From contig OZ249436.1 of NCBI GenBank assembly GCA_965235115.1, positions 33,916,001 through 33,980,000 of the forward strand: a stretch of DNA of 64,000 nt. Direction: 5' to 3'. This document shows, piece after piece, positions 1 to 12,546 of this stretch. The DNA is from Laetmonice hystrix (Eukaryota). Under the pieces are notes generated by a model. The model searched no databases. It was not told the origin of the DNA and was given only the letters and a program-made list of their open reading frames with translations. Every line of letters starts with the position of its first letter. Position 1 is the stretch's first letter. The position numbers were made by a program, and so were the translations under genes.

Positions 1-3000
1 GACCTTAGCAAGGAATCAAAGGTCTCAAAGCAACCAACTTCTTCACCAAAGAGGACCATGGGGAAGCCCCCAGGTCAGGCGGAAACGGCTTCATCAGTAA
101 AAGAGGGCAAAACAGCAGAAGGAAAGGAGCTAACTGGTGGAGCAGGTCCAAAGGCCAAAACACCAGAAGGAAAGCCTTCATCCGCAGGTCCACAAAGAGT
201 CAAAATTTCCAAGGAAAAGACCCAGGTTGCAGAGTCTCATGTGGCAGGTTCACCCCGCAAAGAGAAGGCACAGATGGCATCACATCAAAATGTTGTGACC
301 CAGCACAAGGTGCCACCTTCACCAGTGAAAGCAGGGAAGTCGCTGCAGGAAAGGCTTACTGTAAATACTTCGCAAAAGGTTGATGATTCAAATGAGAATA
401 AATTTGGTATTACGTCACCTAAACAAACTAAGCCTCCCCAGAAAATGAAAACTGCAACTGAAACAGGTCATGATAAGAAGGCAAAGAGTTTACATCCTTC
501 ACAGGTCCGAGATGCATCACCAAGTATCCAGAAAATAGGAACTCAAGAAAAGACAGACCGAAAGGTGTCAAATTTTTCCACGCCTGGTACAAAAGGGACA
601 GCAGCTTCACAGCAGGACCCTCAGAAATCAACAAAACCTATGACTAAAGCTCAAAAAAGCTCACAAGAAACCAAAACTGCTGAAAGGAAACTAATCACCA
701 CTGAAACAAAGAGACAGGTCAGCCTTCAAGAGCCTGTGGGCAAGTTATTGGATGACGGACTGGCACCGAGATTACGGAGACGGTCGCTTCGGTCCCAGGC
801 CAGCATTGATGAGTCTAGTGAGAGCCTCCCCCAAAAAGACTTGCCCCAGGGCCGGTCGTCCCCAGGAGAGGTGGGTCAAAAGGTTTCACACACCAGACAG
901 AGCCCAGTACCTCTTGAGGTACGGACTAGCTCAGCCCTAGATCTCTGGAACATCCACCAGGAGGCGAAGCTGCATGGTCTGGATCGCAGGCGCAGCTCAA
1001 CCCCAGATGTACACAAACCTGAGCTGATGAGGTCAGCCCAGGCGAGGTACAGTGTCAAAGATAAAGACCGCCCAGAGGATATTGTCACTGAAGCAGCGCG
1101 TATCAGCGCTAAGGAGGCCATGAAAGCACAGTGGCTTCTTTCCCAGCATCAAGAGCAAGAGGAGAAAAAGACTATACCTCCAAAAGATGCTTTGGATAAT
1201 AAAGAGAACGAAAAGGGTGCTGTGAAAAATAGGAAAACAAGCACTTCAGCAGACAAAGACCAGGGTAAGGAGGTCATCATTGGTAAAACTGGCGAAAAGT
1301 TGCAGCCATCAACGAAAGGGGAGTTGAAAGGTTTGGAAGGTACCCCCAAATCACCCCCAAGCACTACCAAAGATACCAAAGCTGAGAGCAAATCTCTGAC
1401 ACAGGACATTCAGAAGGTGGACAGACTTCATGAGGATAAGAAGTCGAGAGAGCAAAAGAGAAATGAGGTGTCAATAAGGGCACCTGCAGTTGAAAAACTG
1501 CTTGATTTTGGACCTTCTCTAGATAGAAGGGCAAAAGATAAAACCCCAACACGAGATGCTCCAACTAAGTTAGTGAGTAAACAGAAGAAGAGCGAGGATT
1601 CTGCAATTCTTTCGCCAAAGGGGGAGACTCCTCCAAGCCGAGTAACCAGCAAATTTAAGGCGTCAGAACCTTCCTCATCACCCAAAACCACCAACAGAAC
1701 TAAGAAGATGGAGACGCCCCTATCCCGGACTGGTGTAGGCAGAGGCAAAGTTTCTCCTCAGGATTCCAGTCCAAAGACTGTTACCAAGGATATGAAAAGG
1801 GATCCCTCAGTGGACAGGTCAAACACTACATCACAGGAAAAAGACAAGAAGTCAGAGAAGAATGCCATAAGGGCCAAAACTATGAATAAAGCGTCACCAA
1901 AGATAACCAAGAAAGATAAAGTAACAGATGTCAAGCGAACTCCACAGGGTGTTCTGCAAAAGAAAATTGAGCCACAGAAACTGAGCACGAGAACAGAAAA
2001 GCACGAAGAGGTAAAGTCTGTGAGTAAAGAAACTCGCATGGCTAGCACTGCCAACAGGGTGTTGACAGCGTTGGTGAAGGAGCCCTCCCAGGATGGTACA
2101 AAGAAGGCCGAGGACAAAGGTGTCCGCACGGCAACAAAGGAGCAGAGGTCAAACATAGGCTCGGTGAGAGAGGTTAAGAAGAGTCCACTGAAGCCAAAGC
2201 TGATCAAGGATTCCAGCAAAGTTGGAGACAGTACGAAATTAGTTGGGCAACGATCGATGAATTCGGCAGGGTCATCTGTAAAGCAGAAAGGCATGCGGAC
2301 AACTACCAGGGTGGAGCACATACACACGTCCAGCTCTAGCACCTCACGAAGCACCACAAGAGTGGAGGAAATCAAAAGTTCCAAGAAAATCAGTTCCACT
2401 TCATTCATGCGTTACTCGAAGATGCCATTCAAAGCACTGCTAGAGCATGGGAGTGAGTACCCAACGGACCTTTCTTCATTGGGCATGTGCAGTTCGTGAA
2501 GTGAGGGATGAGCATGCTCAGTGACCGTTGACCCGGATTTGACTTATTGAGCATGCTCCGTGGCCCGTTCATGCGGTGCCTGTAACCCTAGCATGACAAG
2601 TACAGCTGACAGTGGCATGGTGTCTTCATTTCCAGGTGGTCGTTGCTACATGATCCTTGTTAATATTTATGTTTGTGGCTGTAGAGTCCGTCCACCTCCA
2701 GCTGTTGTTCAATGCATATAGAACCCCCCCCCCCCCCCCCTATAAGTGTCAATTTTACGAAGTGCTTACTGTCAACAACCCACAGTCGATTCCTCTCCTG
2801 TACACTTGCAGATGCTGATCGTCGTACTCTATGACAGAGCCACCAACAAGCACTGTTCCCCCACTTTGTTACTTTATTTTGGATCTCTCAGCACCAGTGT
2901 AGAATTTGTTTGATTTCAATTGATGATTCCACCATGCAGTGCTTTCGATGTGTAAACCAAGATGGTATGCTGTCATAGTTAAGTTTGTCAGTGTGAATAA

Positions 3001-6000
3001 ATCCAGACAAATACCCCGCTTCCCCTGTAAGGTCCCTGTCGTTGTAGATGTTTTAGTAACGCCACGCACTATGTAAACAACACTTAGAAAATCTGTTATC
3101 AGACGACCTCCTCATTACTTTAACATAACACAGAACCCATCTATATGTTACGTATGTAATTTAACAAATATACCTTCATAACCTTACGGGGAAGCAAGAA
3201 TCAACGGTCACAAGTTTAATATACTACAAATTTAATACTAACAAGCCATAGTTCTTTTTCCTATGGCTGCTAAAGCCTGAAACAATTTTAAGACTAGACT
3301 CAAGCCAAATCGCAAATATTTTGTAGTTATATGATCAAAGGTGATTCTTGAGTCGATTGTCAAAGTTGTTTTAGTGATAACACAAGAGCTTGTTTTCTAA
3401 AACTCTTCTATACTGACTGGCTGATGCGAGTCATACTTTATTCAGTGATGGGAGGGAGGGGGCTGCTGGACGGCCTTTCTTTCTAACTCGCTATTTGTAA
3501 TGCATAGGTCTAGTCGCAAGCAAAATTTTGAAGGCTGTGCATGTGGCTGATGGTTCATGCTGCTGTGAATGTCTAGTATTTAAGTTAGGTCATCTAAAAT
3601 TCGTATGTCAATTACCAAGTCTTGGTAAACAATACACATTCTTTGATACATTCCTCAATCATAGATTTGTGATGGGTAGGTTCGGTTCAAGTATAGTAGT
3701 GGCACATACATTCTGTAGCATTGTATAACACTGTAAAAATCTGTTAAGCATTTCTTGAACTGATTTATTCTCAACTGCTAAATAATGTTGTGCACTGTGT
3801 AAGATCATTTGCTATATTTCTTCAACTAAAGTCATGGCTGAACGGTATACTTACTGCACCTCCTTGTTTTCCTGTCGGATGCAATAAAAGGCTTTTTCTG
3901 GGAAAGCTCCTTTGTATTCCCCATCTAGTATCAACCAAACTACCATTCTTTATGTAGCAACCTCAGTCGTGCTGAGCTGGCCTTCTGAAATCTGTTTATG
4001 TGGAAACATGCTCTCTGTTTGCCTCTACTGTTCCAGGTTGTTAAGTCAAACTGCGCCATCACTTTAACTGAGTTGAGAGTTCTTTTAATATGTACAGGTT
4101 GTTTCAGTTGATCATTATTTGGTACTAATGTTTGTTGTTGTTTCTGTGTCAGGTGGAAGAAAACATGCTAGTAAAAAAGACTCAGGAGACGAGAGCGACA
4201 ACTCGGAAGTTGACGACAGTCCAAGTTCACCAAAATGTATGTAGACTGTTTCTTTTTGTGATAATCAAAATTAATGGTCGCTTAGATCCTGTCGCTGCCT
4301 GACAGCATTGGGTCTGTCTTACATTGTTCATCTTTATAGCCTTATAGTAAAAATAACATTGACCAGTGTGTCAGGAACCAATCAGTGACAGCGATTTCCT
4401 CAACACGTCCTACTTTCATTCAAATATCATTTATTGATTTAAAAGGAATTTGTTTCAGTATGTTACAATAGCAGTGGATGTGATTCATACAAAGCTGTTA
4501 TTCACTTGTCCTTCCACCAGATGGAGTACTGGTCATGCCTGGAAAGAAGAATGAAAGTTCTCCACAGAAGTCCAAGAGTTCTTTAAGACAAAGTCCTATA
4601 GAAGATCCTCGCAACAAGCGCAAACATCGCCGGAAAGGTAGCAAGAAACGTCGGGAGGAGGAGAAAAAGTCAGAACACGCTTGGAACGTTTCTGGAACGT
4701 CACAGTGGCAATACCCATCCGACCTCTTAGTGAGAGGAACAATTGAACTCCAACAGTTAGACAGATTTGTTTGCTCAAAGGTAATACTTTCTTTGTTTTT
4801 TTGTTAGTATGAAGGAAGTTGGAGATGTAGCAATTTGTAGATACGGTGTCAGTACAGTAACCTATTTGTCAAATATAATACACAGAAAATAAGTTTTCTT
4901 TTCTTTAACAAAGTGTGGAATATGCACTTAGTCTAGTAATTGCAGGTTAATCATCTTTCCATCAGTAGTTGAAAACTATTAAAATATATTATTATAAAAA
5001 TAAGTACAAATAGGAATACAGAAATGACTACTACAATTGGATATTTGTATTTGTTCACAGATCAGTGAGCTGAGTAAAGACTGTGGACGTCGGGACACAG
5101 TGTTTGATGTGGTTTTCAAGGGAGCCTTGAAGGAATTCTATGCCAACTTGCTCACACACACGTCTGTTGCTCTTCAGGTTTGTACTACACTTTGTACTAC
5201 ACTTGTACTACACGTTAATGAATCCTTGGACTGCGTTTGCTGTTCAAATGTTCCACATCTTGCTTACAGTTGAAAGTCATTAGGGGGGATAGGGATTATA
5301 GAAATGTGAACGTAGAAGAGTTTAACTAAAGCTGTCCCTTATAGTGTTGGTTGAGACTACATTAATGTACCTAACTCAGAGATTTGTTCCCTCGTGCAGA
5401 AACCACAGGTAGAGTTCCGGTATCGAGATCTCATGAGTACTTTTGAAGAGACGCTGAAGGCCCGTGCTCAGGAGAAGGAGTTGGATGCTGACTTCCCAGT
5501 GACCATTGGCATCAACGCCTTCCGAGGTTTCTTAGACGAGTTCAATCGCAAGAAGGAGAACAAAGAGCTTCCAAAGATCGAATTGAAGAAAGAGAAAAAG
5601 AAAAAGGAGAAAGAGTTGTTCTATGTGAGTATTAATGCATGAACCTGAACAAACGCCCTTACACAAAACTGCAAACCCTTTTTCAACGAATCAAAATATA
5701 GAAAAATTCTAGATCCTATCTTAAAGAGTGTAAGGCCTTAAAATATTCTCTTGCATCAAATAAGCACTAGAGTTATAAGTAGATCTTGGGACTTTTAGAG
5801 AGGACATTTAATGTCATATGGCCATTCTGTTGTAGGAACATCTCGGTCACAAGTTCCAGTTGGTTCAGTTCAGTATTCCCACCTACTGCGAGTACTGCTC
5901 TTCCTTCATGTGGATGGTAGAGAAAGGAAACGTTTGTCAAGGTTTGTCATCTTTATCGTAAAACTAGAAAATGTTGCCTCACATCACGCTGAAAACACAA

Positions 6001-9000
6001 TGGCCCAAACTAAGATAATGTCATCAGATCACGAGCACTTTGCTGTAGATGAGGTGGGCATTCTATGTCTCTTATAAGAAATCTCAAAACAAGGGGCAGA
6101 AAATGCGTTTTGATGTGATACTTTTTGAGGTGTACTTGATGTTATCATTGTTTCTGTTTCAGTTTGTAAATACACTGTACATAAAAAATGCTGTAATCAG
6201 TCCTTGATTCGATGCAAGGGGGTATATGGAGACTCGGTGATAGGGGTTAGTATATTCTCACCTTCTACTTTACATCTTTGACTTGTATGTGACTGTGCTG
6301 TTCCTTTTTCACCATCTTAAAGGTCAAGCCAGAGTATATATTTTATATTCTTGTAGTCAGTGTATGTTAATAAGTAGATTTGAATATTATGGTTTATATA
6401 TTACACTAGAAGACCAGAAAAGATGAGGTAAGAATTCAATGAAATGGAGTTTGGATGTTCTTCGTAGGGAGAGATATTGATATTGATATAAGTACATGTA
6501 GTTACATGACGGCCAACCCTTTGTGTTTGCAGTCGCAATCACGTTTATTTGGAGCACGGCTAGAGTCCCTGCTGGATGGGGACCAGAAAGTGCCAGTCGT
6601 GGTCGAGCGACTCATCACAGAGATTGAGCTCAATGGGATCTACACAGTGGGCTTGTATCGAAAGGCTGGGGCAGCTAACAGGGTAAAAATGCTCATCAAC
6701 GCCATCAACACAGGTTTGTACCACACCTTATGTCAGAACCCTGTAGCAAGGTGTCATCCGCTCTCAGACTTTCACTTATATCTGATACTTATGATTCTTA
6801 ACTGGTTTTCATTTTCAGGGGATAACGTCGATCTAAGTGAATATCCTGTGCACGTCTTGACGTCTGTCATGAAGTGCTTTTTCCGTGAAATGCCAACACC
6901 ACTCTTAACATACGAACTCTATGATGACTTCGTCAGGGCAGCAGGTAAATCTTGAGTTAGAAACCATAGTAGGGCTTTTGATTTCTTATATTTGTATTTG
7001 GGTGCTTGCAATCTGAAGGAAGACTAGTGATAATTTAATATGAAAACCAATTTGGCATTGATTGATATTTGATTGCCATATTCCTTCAACAAAGAATGCA
7101 AGCCAGAAAAAAATACCAGAACTAGGAATGTACTGTTAATTTGAAAACTGAAATAACTTTTTTATTTCTACTTCAGAAATCAACGATCACAAGGAAAGAA
7201 TACAGTGTCTATATTCAGTCATTGGGAAACTTCCCCAGGAAAACCTGGACCTTCTTGAACGTCTCATCTTTCACCTTGCAAAGTAAGTGTCCTTGAGTTA
7301 GTTGACTAAGCCTAATCATGTAAAGGTTGGAATTTGTCAAACGTCCTAGTAGACTGGTGGACCCTAGAATGAAATTTGTAACAGTGACGATGAACTGAAG
7401 GAAAAAATACAGGGCTTTCCCCACTATATAATAAGTACACCGGCGGCAGGGCAAACCGACAGGCGGCTTGAAATCCCAAAATAATACACCGGTGGCCTGC
7501 CAGTATACATGTACTTTTTGACCAAGCCTGTCCATAGGTGTTGTGTTGCCTTTATCCAAAACAACTTTTTTTTTTACACTTGAGCTAGCTACTGACTCAA
7601 AGATTCAGATTGGACAGACAGTTTAATTTTACCTAGACATGCTTCAGTATACAGCATTTGGAGTCATATTTTCACAAATTTCTTGGAGAAGACCTCCCAA
7701 CCCCCCTCTCAAACTCTCCAGCACGCACAGGCGAACTATTGTGCTGCATGTGGGGCACCCCCGGTGTCACTTTTCATCCTGAGGAGAACACTGAAATATC
7801 TTTTTCTTTCCACAGTGTTACCCAACATGAGACATACAACAAAATGTCAGCGAGTAGTTTAGCTATAATCTTTGCACCAAGTATTTTACGATCACCTCGG
7901 GAATTACCGGCACAACAGAGTCTTCTACATGTTCCCAAGCAATCCATGTGAGTATAAGTTTGTTTCAATGTAAGTTCAACTAGATTTCGGGGCAGCCAGG
8001 CCTCGAGAATTTGAGAGGAAGATAGGTGGAAACGTCATTTCATACTTGAAATTTGGTTGCTTTCATATGACCGACTGAAGGTTTTTTTATATCGATAAGT
8101 CCAGCATAATACATGTACTTGCATATTTTTGGTCTGTGATTTATTTTGTGATTTATTTTGTTTCAAATGTCAGGTGTTTGCAAAGCATTATTGAAGAGAA
8201 AGTACAGCATATCCGGCACACATTGGCAGACATCAAAACACTGGACACTGCCACTGCGTCAGCCACGGTCCGGCTGGACATCGTCAGGGCCAGTATGCGG
8301 GTCATCGGCAGCAAGGTACGCCAAGCAATTACTACCTCAGTTCTCCACAAAACATGTACACTTTATATACCGGGGGTACTTGGAACGTTCCAGGCAATTA
8401 GAATTGTAAAATCCTGACAGCTGTTGGCAGTAGCATAGCATACCATTATATCAGAACGTTTGTTTGTTATCTGCAGGGTGAGGACGGAGAGTTGGAAGGA
8501 GCTTTGTGTACGGCACCGATTGAGGAGGGTGAAACTCAACGAACAGAGGAAGTACACATCCTATCGGAACAGATCCGCTCATTAGAACAAGAGAAGTACG
8601 TGGCCCTCTCATTTTGCTCGCTCGGTAAAGGTTTAGGGATGTGAAAGATGAGCGTGTCAGTCTAATTTTGAAACGGTTTTTAACTTACTCCTGTGTAGGG
8701 TCATAAAATTCTCACTTCGAATGCAAGTTGAAATGTACATGTACATTAACTCAGTACAATTTAGGCTATCGGGAACTTGTCATCTCTGCATGACAGTTTA
8801 AAAGATATTAAGTGGACTGTATTGGGACAGTTAACTGATACATTTATCGTTGAGATATCTACTGTTAGTGATTTATCCTTCACGTAATCCATACAGAGAG
8901 ATGTTAACACTACGGATGCCAGCGTTGGAGTGCAGACACAGTAGTTCGGAGGAGGATATGCTCAGTACGGACGACCTCGACTCGACCGGGGATGAATTAG

Positions 9001-12000
9001 ACGACGCCGATGACAATTATGAGGAATACGCTGTCACCTTTGACCTTCCAGGTAAAGCTTCTTCTCTGTTACTCAGATAACACCGAAATGTCGAGTGGAA
9101 AATGTTAACTTGAGTATCCATGTTGTATTAGTGATCGGTTTTTTCCTGGCTTGGCGTGGGCAATGTATTGTCATTTAGATTGTGGAATGGTGACATGAGT
9201 GGAAGTTATCACAAATATTGTGGTTTACTCTCAGCCGTTGGACCGAGAGCTTCATTTCATTGTTATTATGAATGCTTAAATCGTACTCATCAACTTGATA
9301 ATAGGAAACTCTATTATTCCCCCTCCCCCTCCCCCCGCCCCCCCCCCCCCCCCCCCAATTATGCGTGCTATTTTATGATGGAGTTCAGGATTTGTACATT
9401 GATAGAGGATTCAAGAACCATTTCTTCAGCCTTTGAAGAGGTACTTAAAGTACCGGTAACCATCACACGTCAGGACTTGGAGGCATTCTTTCTAGCATTT
9501 CAGAGTCCTTTAATGCTAAATTCATAACGTTGCTTATAGACACGTCGCAACCAAGGCAGGATTGAACTACATGAGGCCATTTCCCCAGTGACCATCTCAC
9601 CATCACTGAGTGTTAATTAAACTCCACAAAGAGAAGAGTTGCGGACTCAGCGACACTGAAGAAAATGTAGATTCTCTGTACAAATTCAGGAGTTCATTAA
9701 ACGCCTTTGCATGTATATTTTATGCTGTATATTGTTTAAACATGTCAAGTTGATTTTTTCTGGCAGCAGTGATGATTGCACTAACAAAGGTTGGCTTCAC
9801 AGTTAGCTGGTGGGTTTTTTTTCTCCCCCCCCCCCCGATATACGTATGTAAACGCGCACATATATGTCTCTTTATTCCTTTAGCTAGAAGATATTAAGTA
9901 CTCACAAGTTGTGTACAATTTACAATGCTGAGCTTTTTCTTTACTTTATTCTCCGACCTTAACAAAAAAATACTGACGATGGGTTTTATAGTCTATAGTT
10001 TGTAGGCCTTCGTTTCTGCCTTAGTTTGAAGTTGTTTATAGATTTGTGAAAGGCTTGAATACAATATTGGTGACGCGCTTTCCCCTATTTGTGGCAGGTC
10101 TTCGTTTCTCTAGTACTCGCGTGCCCATTGTGGTGCGGTCTGGCCACAGGCGTGGTAGGTTCATACCGCCGCCACCAGGGGGTGGTGTCGACGTATGCCA
10201 CCAGGTGGCGTGCATTACTAATGGCATGCTCTCAGTGGATGTTGCTGGTGAGGTACCGGTACTGTTGAAGTCCCGTAGAAGCAATCCCCCCCCCCCCCCA
10301 CCGCCCTTAGAAAAACAAAAAAATATGCGTCGGTGACCCACCATCTCCAACCCCAGGGGTGCATGAAGTGTGCTGCATCAACCGGTTTGCTAACCAAGTT
10401 CGGCTATCCACAAGTCCGTCTTGTATCACTTCCAAAAATTTAATGTTTCATATGGGAATGGTTTCATAAGTCAGCTATATGGTAACGTGCTGACTACTGC
10501 AATGGGTCGATGTACTTGCCAAGACCTGCATGCCAGACTGTAGACGGAATCAGTTTGAAAAGAACATCCAAAGTATACTTTTTGAGTTCACAGATGCTTT
10601 AGAAATCGGTAAAAATAGTGTAGTCCTTGTCAATTTTGCTTATCAACTACAGACTTACGGGGCTTCAAAGCTTGGACTAGATAGATTGCCCTGTAAGAGA
10701 CCTAGAAGGGGTGGGGAAAGAATTTCCAGACATAAAATAATGTGACTTACAAATAGGTATATCTGTCATAAAATCAAAATATTGAGTATATGTACCGGGG
10801 TAAGTGGCGGTATTTGAAGAAGGATCGTGAAAGCAGAACTGAACACAGAATGTTGACATGATTACGGGTGTATCGTTGGCCAGTAGTAAAGTAGAACTTT
10901 CATGTTGTCTGGGAAGTCATCCAAAGATTTCCAGGCGGCTGACACAGGCTCAGGGAACAGAATGTACTGTAAGTGCCATGGGTTGGCAAAGTTACAGTGC
11001 CAGGGGTCGTTTACTGAGAGCAGCGGCGGCGATAGAGAGGGAGAGAAGCCTGGTTGGTTACCGCAGGTGAAAGTGCAGCTGTACAGTAGAATACCGAGCT
11101 CAATAAAATCTAAATTTGTTGGACCCACCACCTCCTCCTTTTTCCATAGCCCCCAGATCCTGGGTCCGCCGATTAATGTTTTTAAAAAAAAACGCAAAAA
11201 AAAGATGCATACGAGTTGATAAGTATACAACTGGATTTTATGGGAAGTACCGCTGCTATTGAATATAGAATACCCGTTACATTGGAGGGGAACATTTCAA
11301 TGACCGAGCCAGCCGATGTCAGCAGTGGGTAGCAATGAGATACGAGGGTTTGTTAACCGCATGAAGGAGATTGACATTTGAAAGCCTGCAATATTAAAAT
11401 GAATGCTTCACATTAAGCTACACTAATCAAACCGTTGTAATAGCGCACGTAGGGAACATATTGCGATGTGATGAATAGGTTGATTGAGTCAGTACCATCT
11501 AGTGGGTAAAACCTATAAAAACAGTGCCCATGTCAGGTGTCGTAGCAATTAGAGGTTAGACCACCAAGTCGAAAGGTGATTTAGCATCACCAATGGGTAT
11601 CAAACTTTTGTTTGGCCTTGAGGTGTAGTAACAAACGAGCTGCACCCGTCGAAACATATTTTCATCAGTTAAACTAAGTGTTTAATAGATTAGATCTGAC
11701 TTTATAATCTTGATGAATGTGGCATTTGCATCATAACTTGTCTTGCAATGCATGTGGAATCGGAAAGAATGGTATAACATTTTGATACATAGTCCAGTAT
11801 GTTATCAACAGAAAGCTAAATAGATGGATGGCTACTACTAGTAACAAATCACGGTAATCTTTTAGAGTTTAGAGAATCATTTCTGAATATAATGTATCGC
11901 TACCAGTGTGTACATGTCTCAGTTCTTTCCCATCCAAGATTGCCTTTTTCGTTTTCAATGGTGTAAGGATATTATATGTAATTTACCAATAAAAACAGTA

Positions 12001-12546
12001 GAGGGCCATTGACAAGTACTGGTATGTGGTTTGACTAGCCTGACGGAGATATTGATGTAGTAGAGATCTTCCCATGGTCGAGTCCTGATAGTGTTGTTGG
12101 TTGATACTGTGGGCTATACTGCATGTTCTGGAGAAAAAGGGCAGGTCTAATGGGATAGGTCATGTCTGCTTCTCTTCCTATTTCAGGTAAAACTTTTTGG
12201 AATTTAAGATTTCCCCTTGGTACCATTGTTATCCATACTCTTAAAACGAGATAATATTCTGTTGCAGTATTGTTCTTTATATTTTTCGTCCGGTACTGAT
12301 ATTTAAGTAGTTTATTATCGTTATTTTTCAGCTGTCAGTCCACCAAAGAATTTGAGGCACTTGAACAAAAACCGGGCCCAGATGCCAGTGCGTCGACTGC
12401 CGTCGTTAAAGCGGAACTCATCGAGTGAGACGACAGACGACGAGGCTGGACCGTCAGGGTGTGCGGGGTCTGGGGGTGCCACCGCCAGACGTCCTGTACT
12501 TACTACTCCCAAGTTAAAACAGGTCGGCGAGGAGATCATTGTATGA
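1..12546 (+). CDS. MYO9: Unconventional myosin class IX, 3' part (tail, C1 domain, RhoGAP, coiled coil); the 5' end and motor domain lie outside the window
   Basis: GT-AG exons that join in frame: <1-2452, 4153-4236, 4521-4780, 5061-5177, 5400-5624, 5836-5941, 6163-6236, 6533-6713, 6819-6944, 7177-7282, 7816-7947, 8174-8315, 8477-8595, 8897-9051, 12332-12546 (stop). They encode a C1 domain (HKFQLVQFSIPTYCEYC...CQVCKYTVHKKC), a RhoGAP with an intact arginine finger (GLYRKAG; NKMSASSLAIIFAPSIL) and the Myo9-type pre-C1 segment (ELQQLDRFVCSK...DVVFKGALKEF). Confidence 0.88.

Noticed and set aside
428..2408. Several long minus-strand ORFs over the giant myosin exon
   Set aside because: Antisense shadows of a biased coding exon, with no domain signal.
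9540..9570. Possible alternative last exon of myosin IX (DTSQPRQD*)
   Set aside because: Weak acceptor and no supporting motif. It cannot be supported without transcripts.
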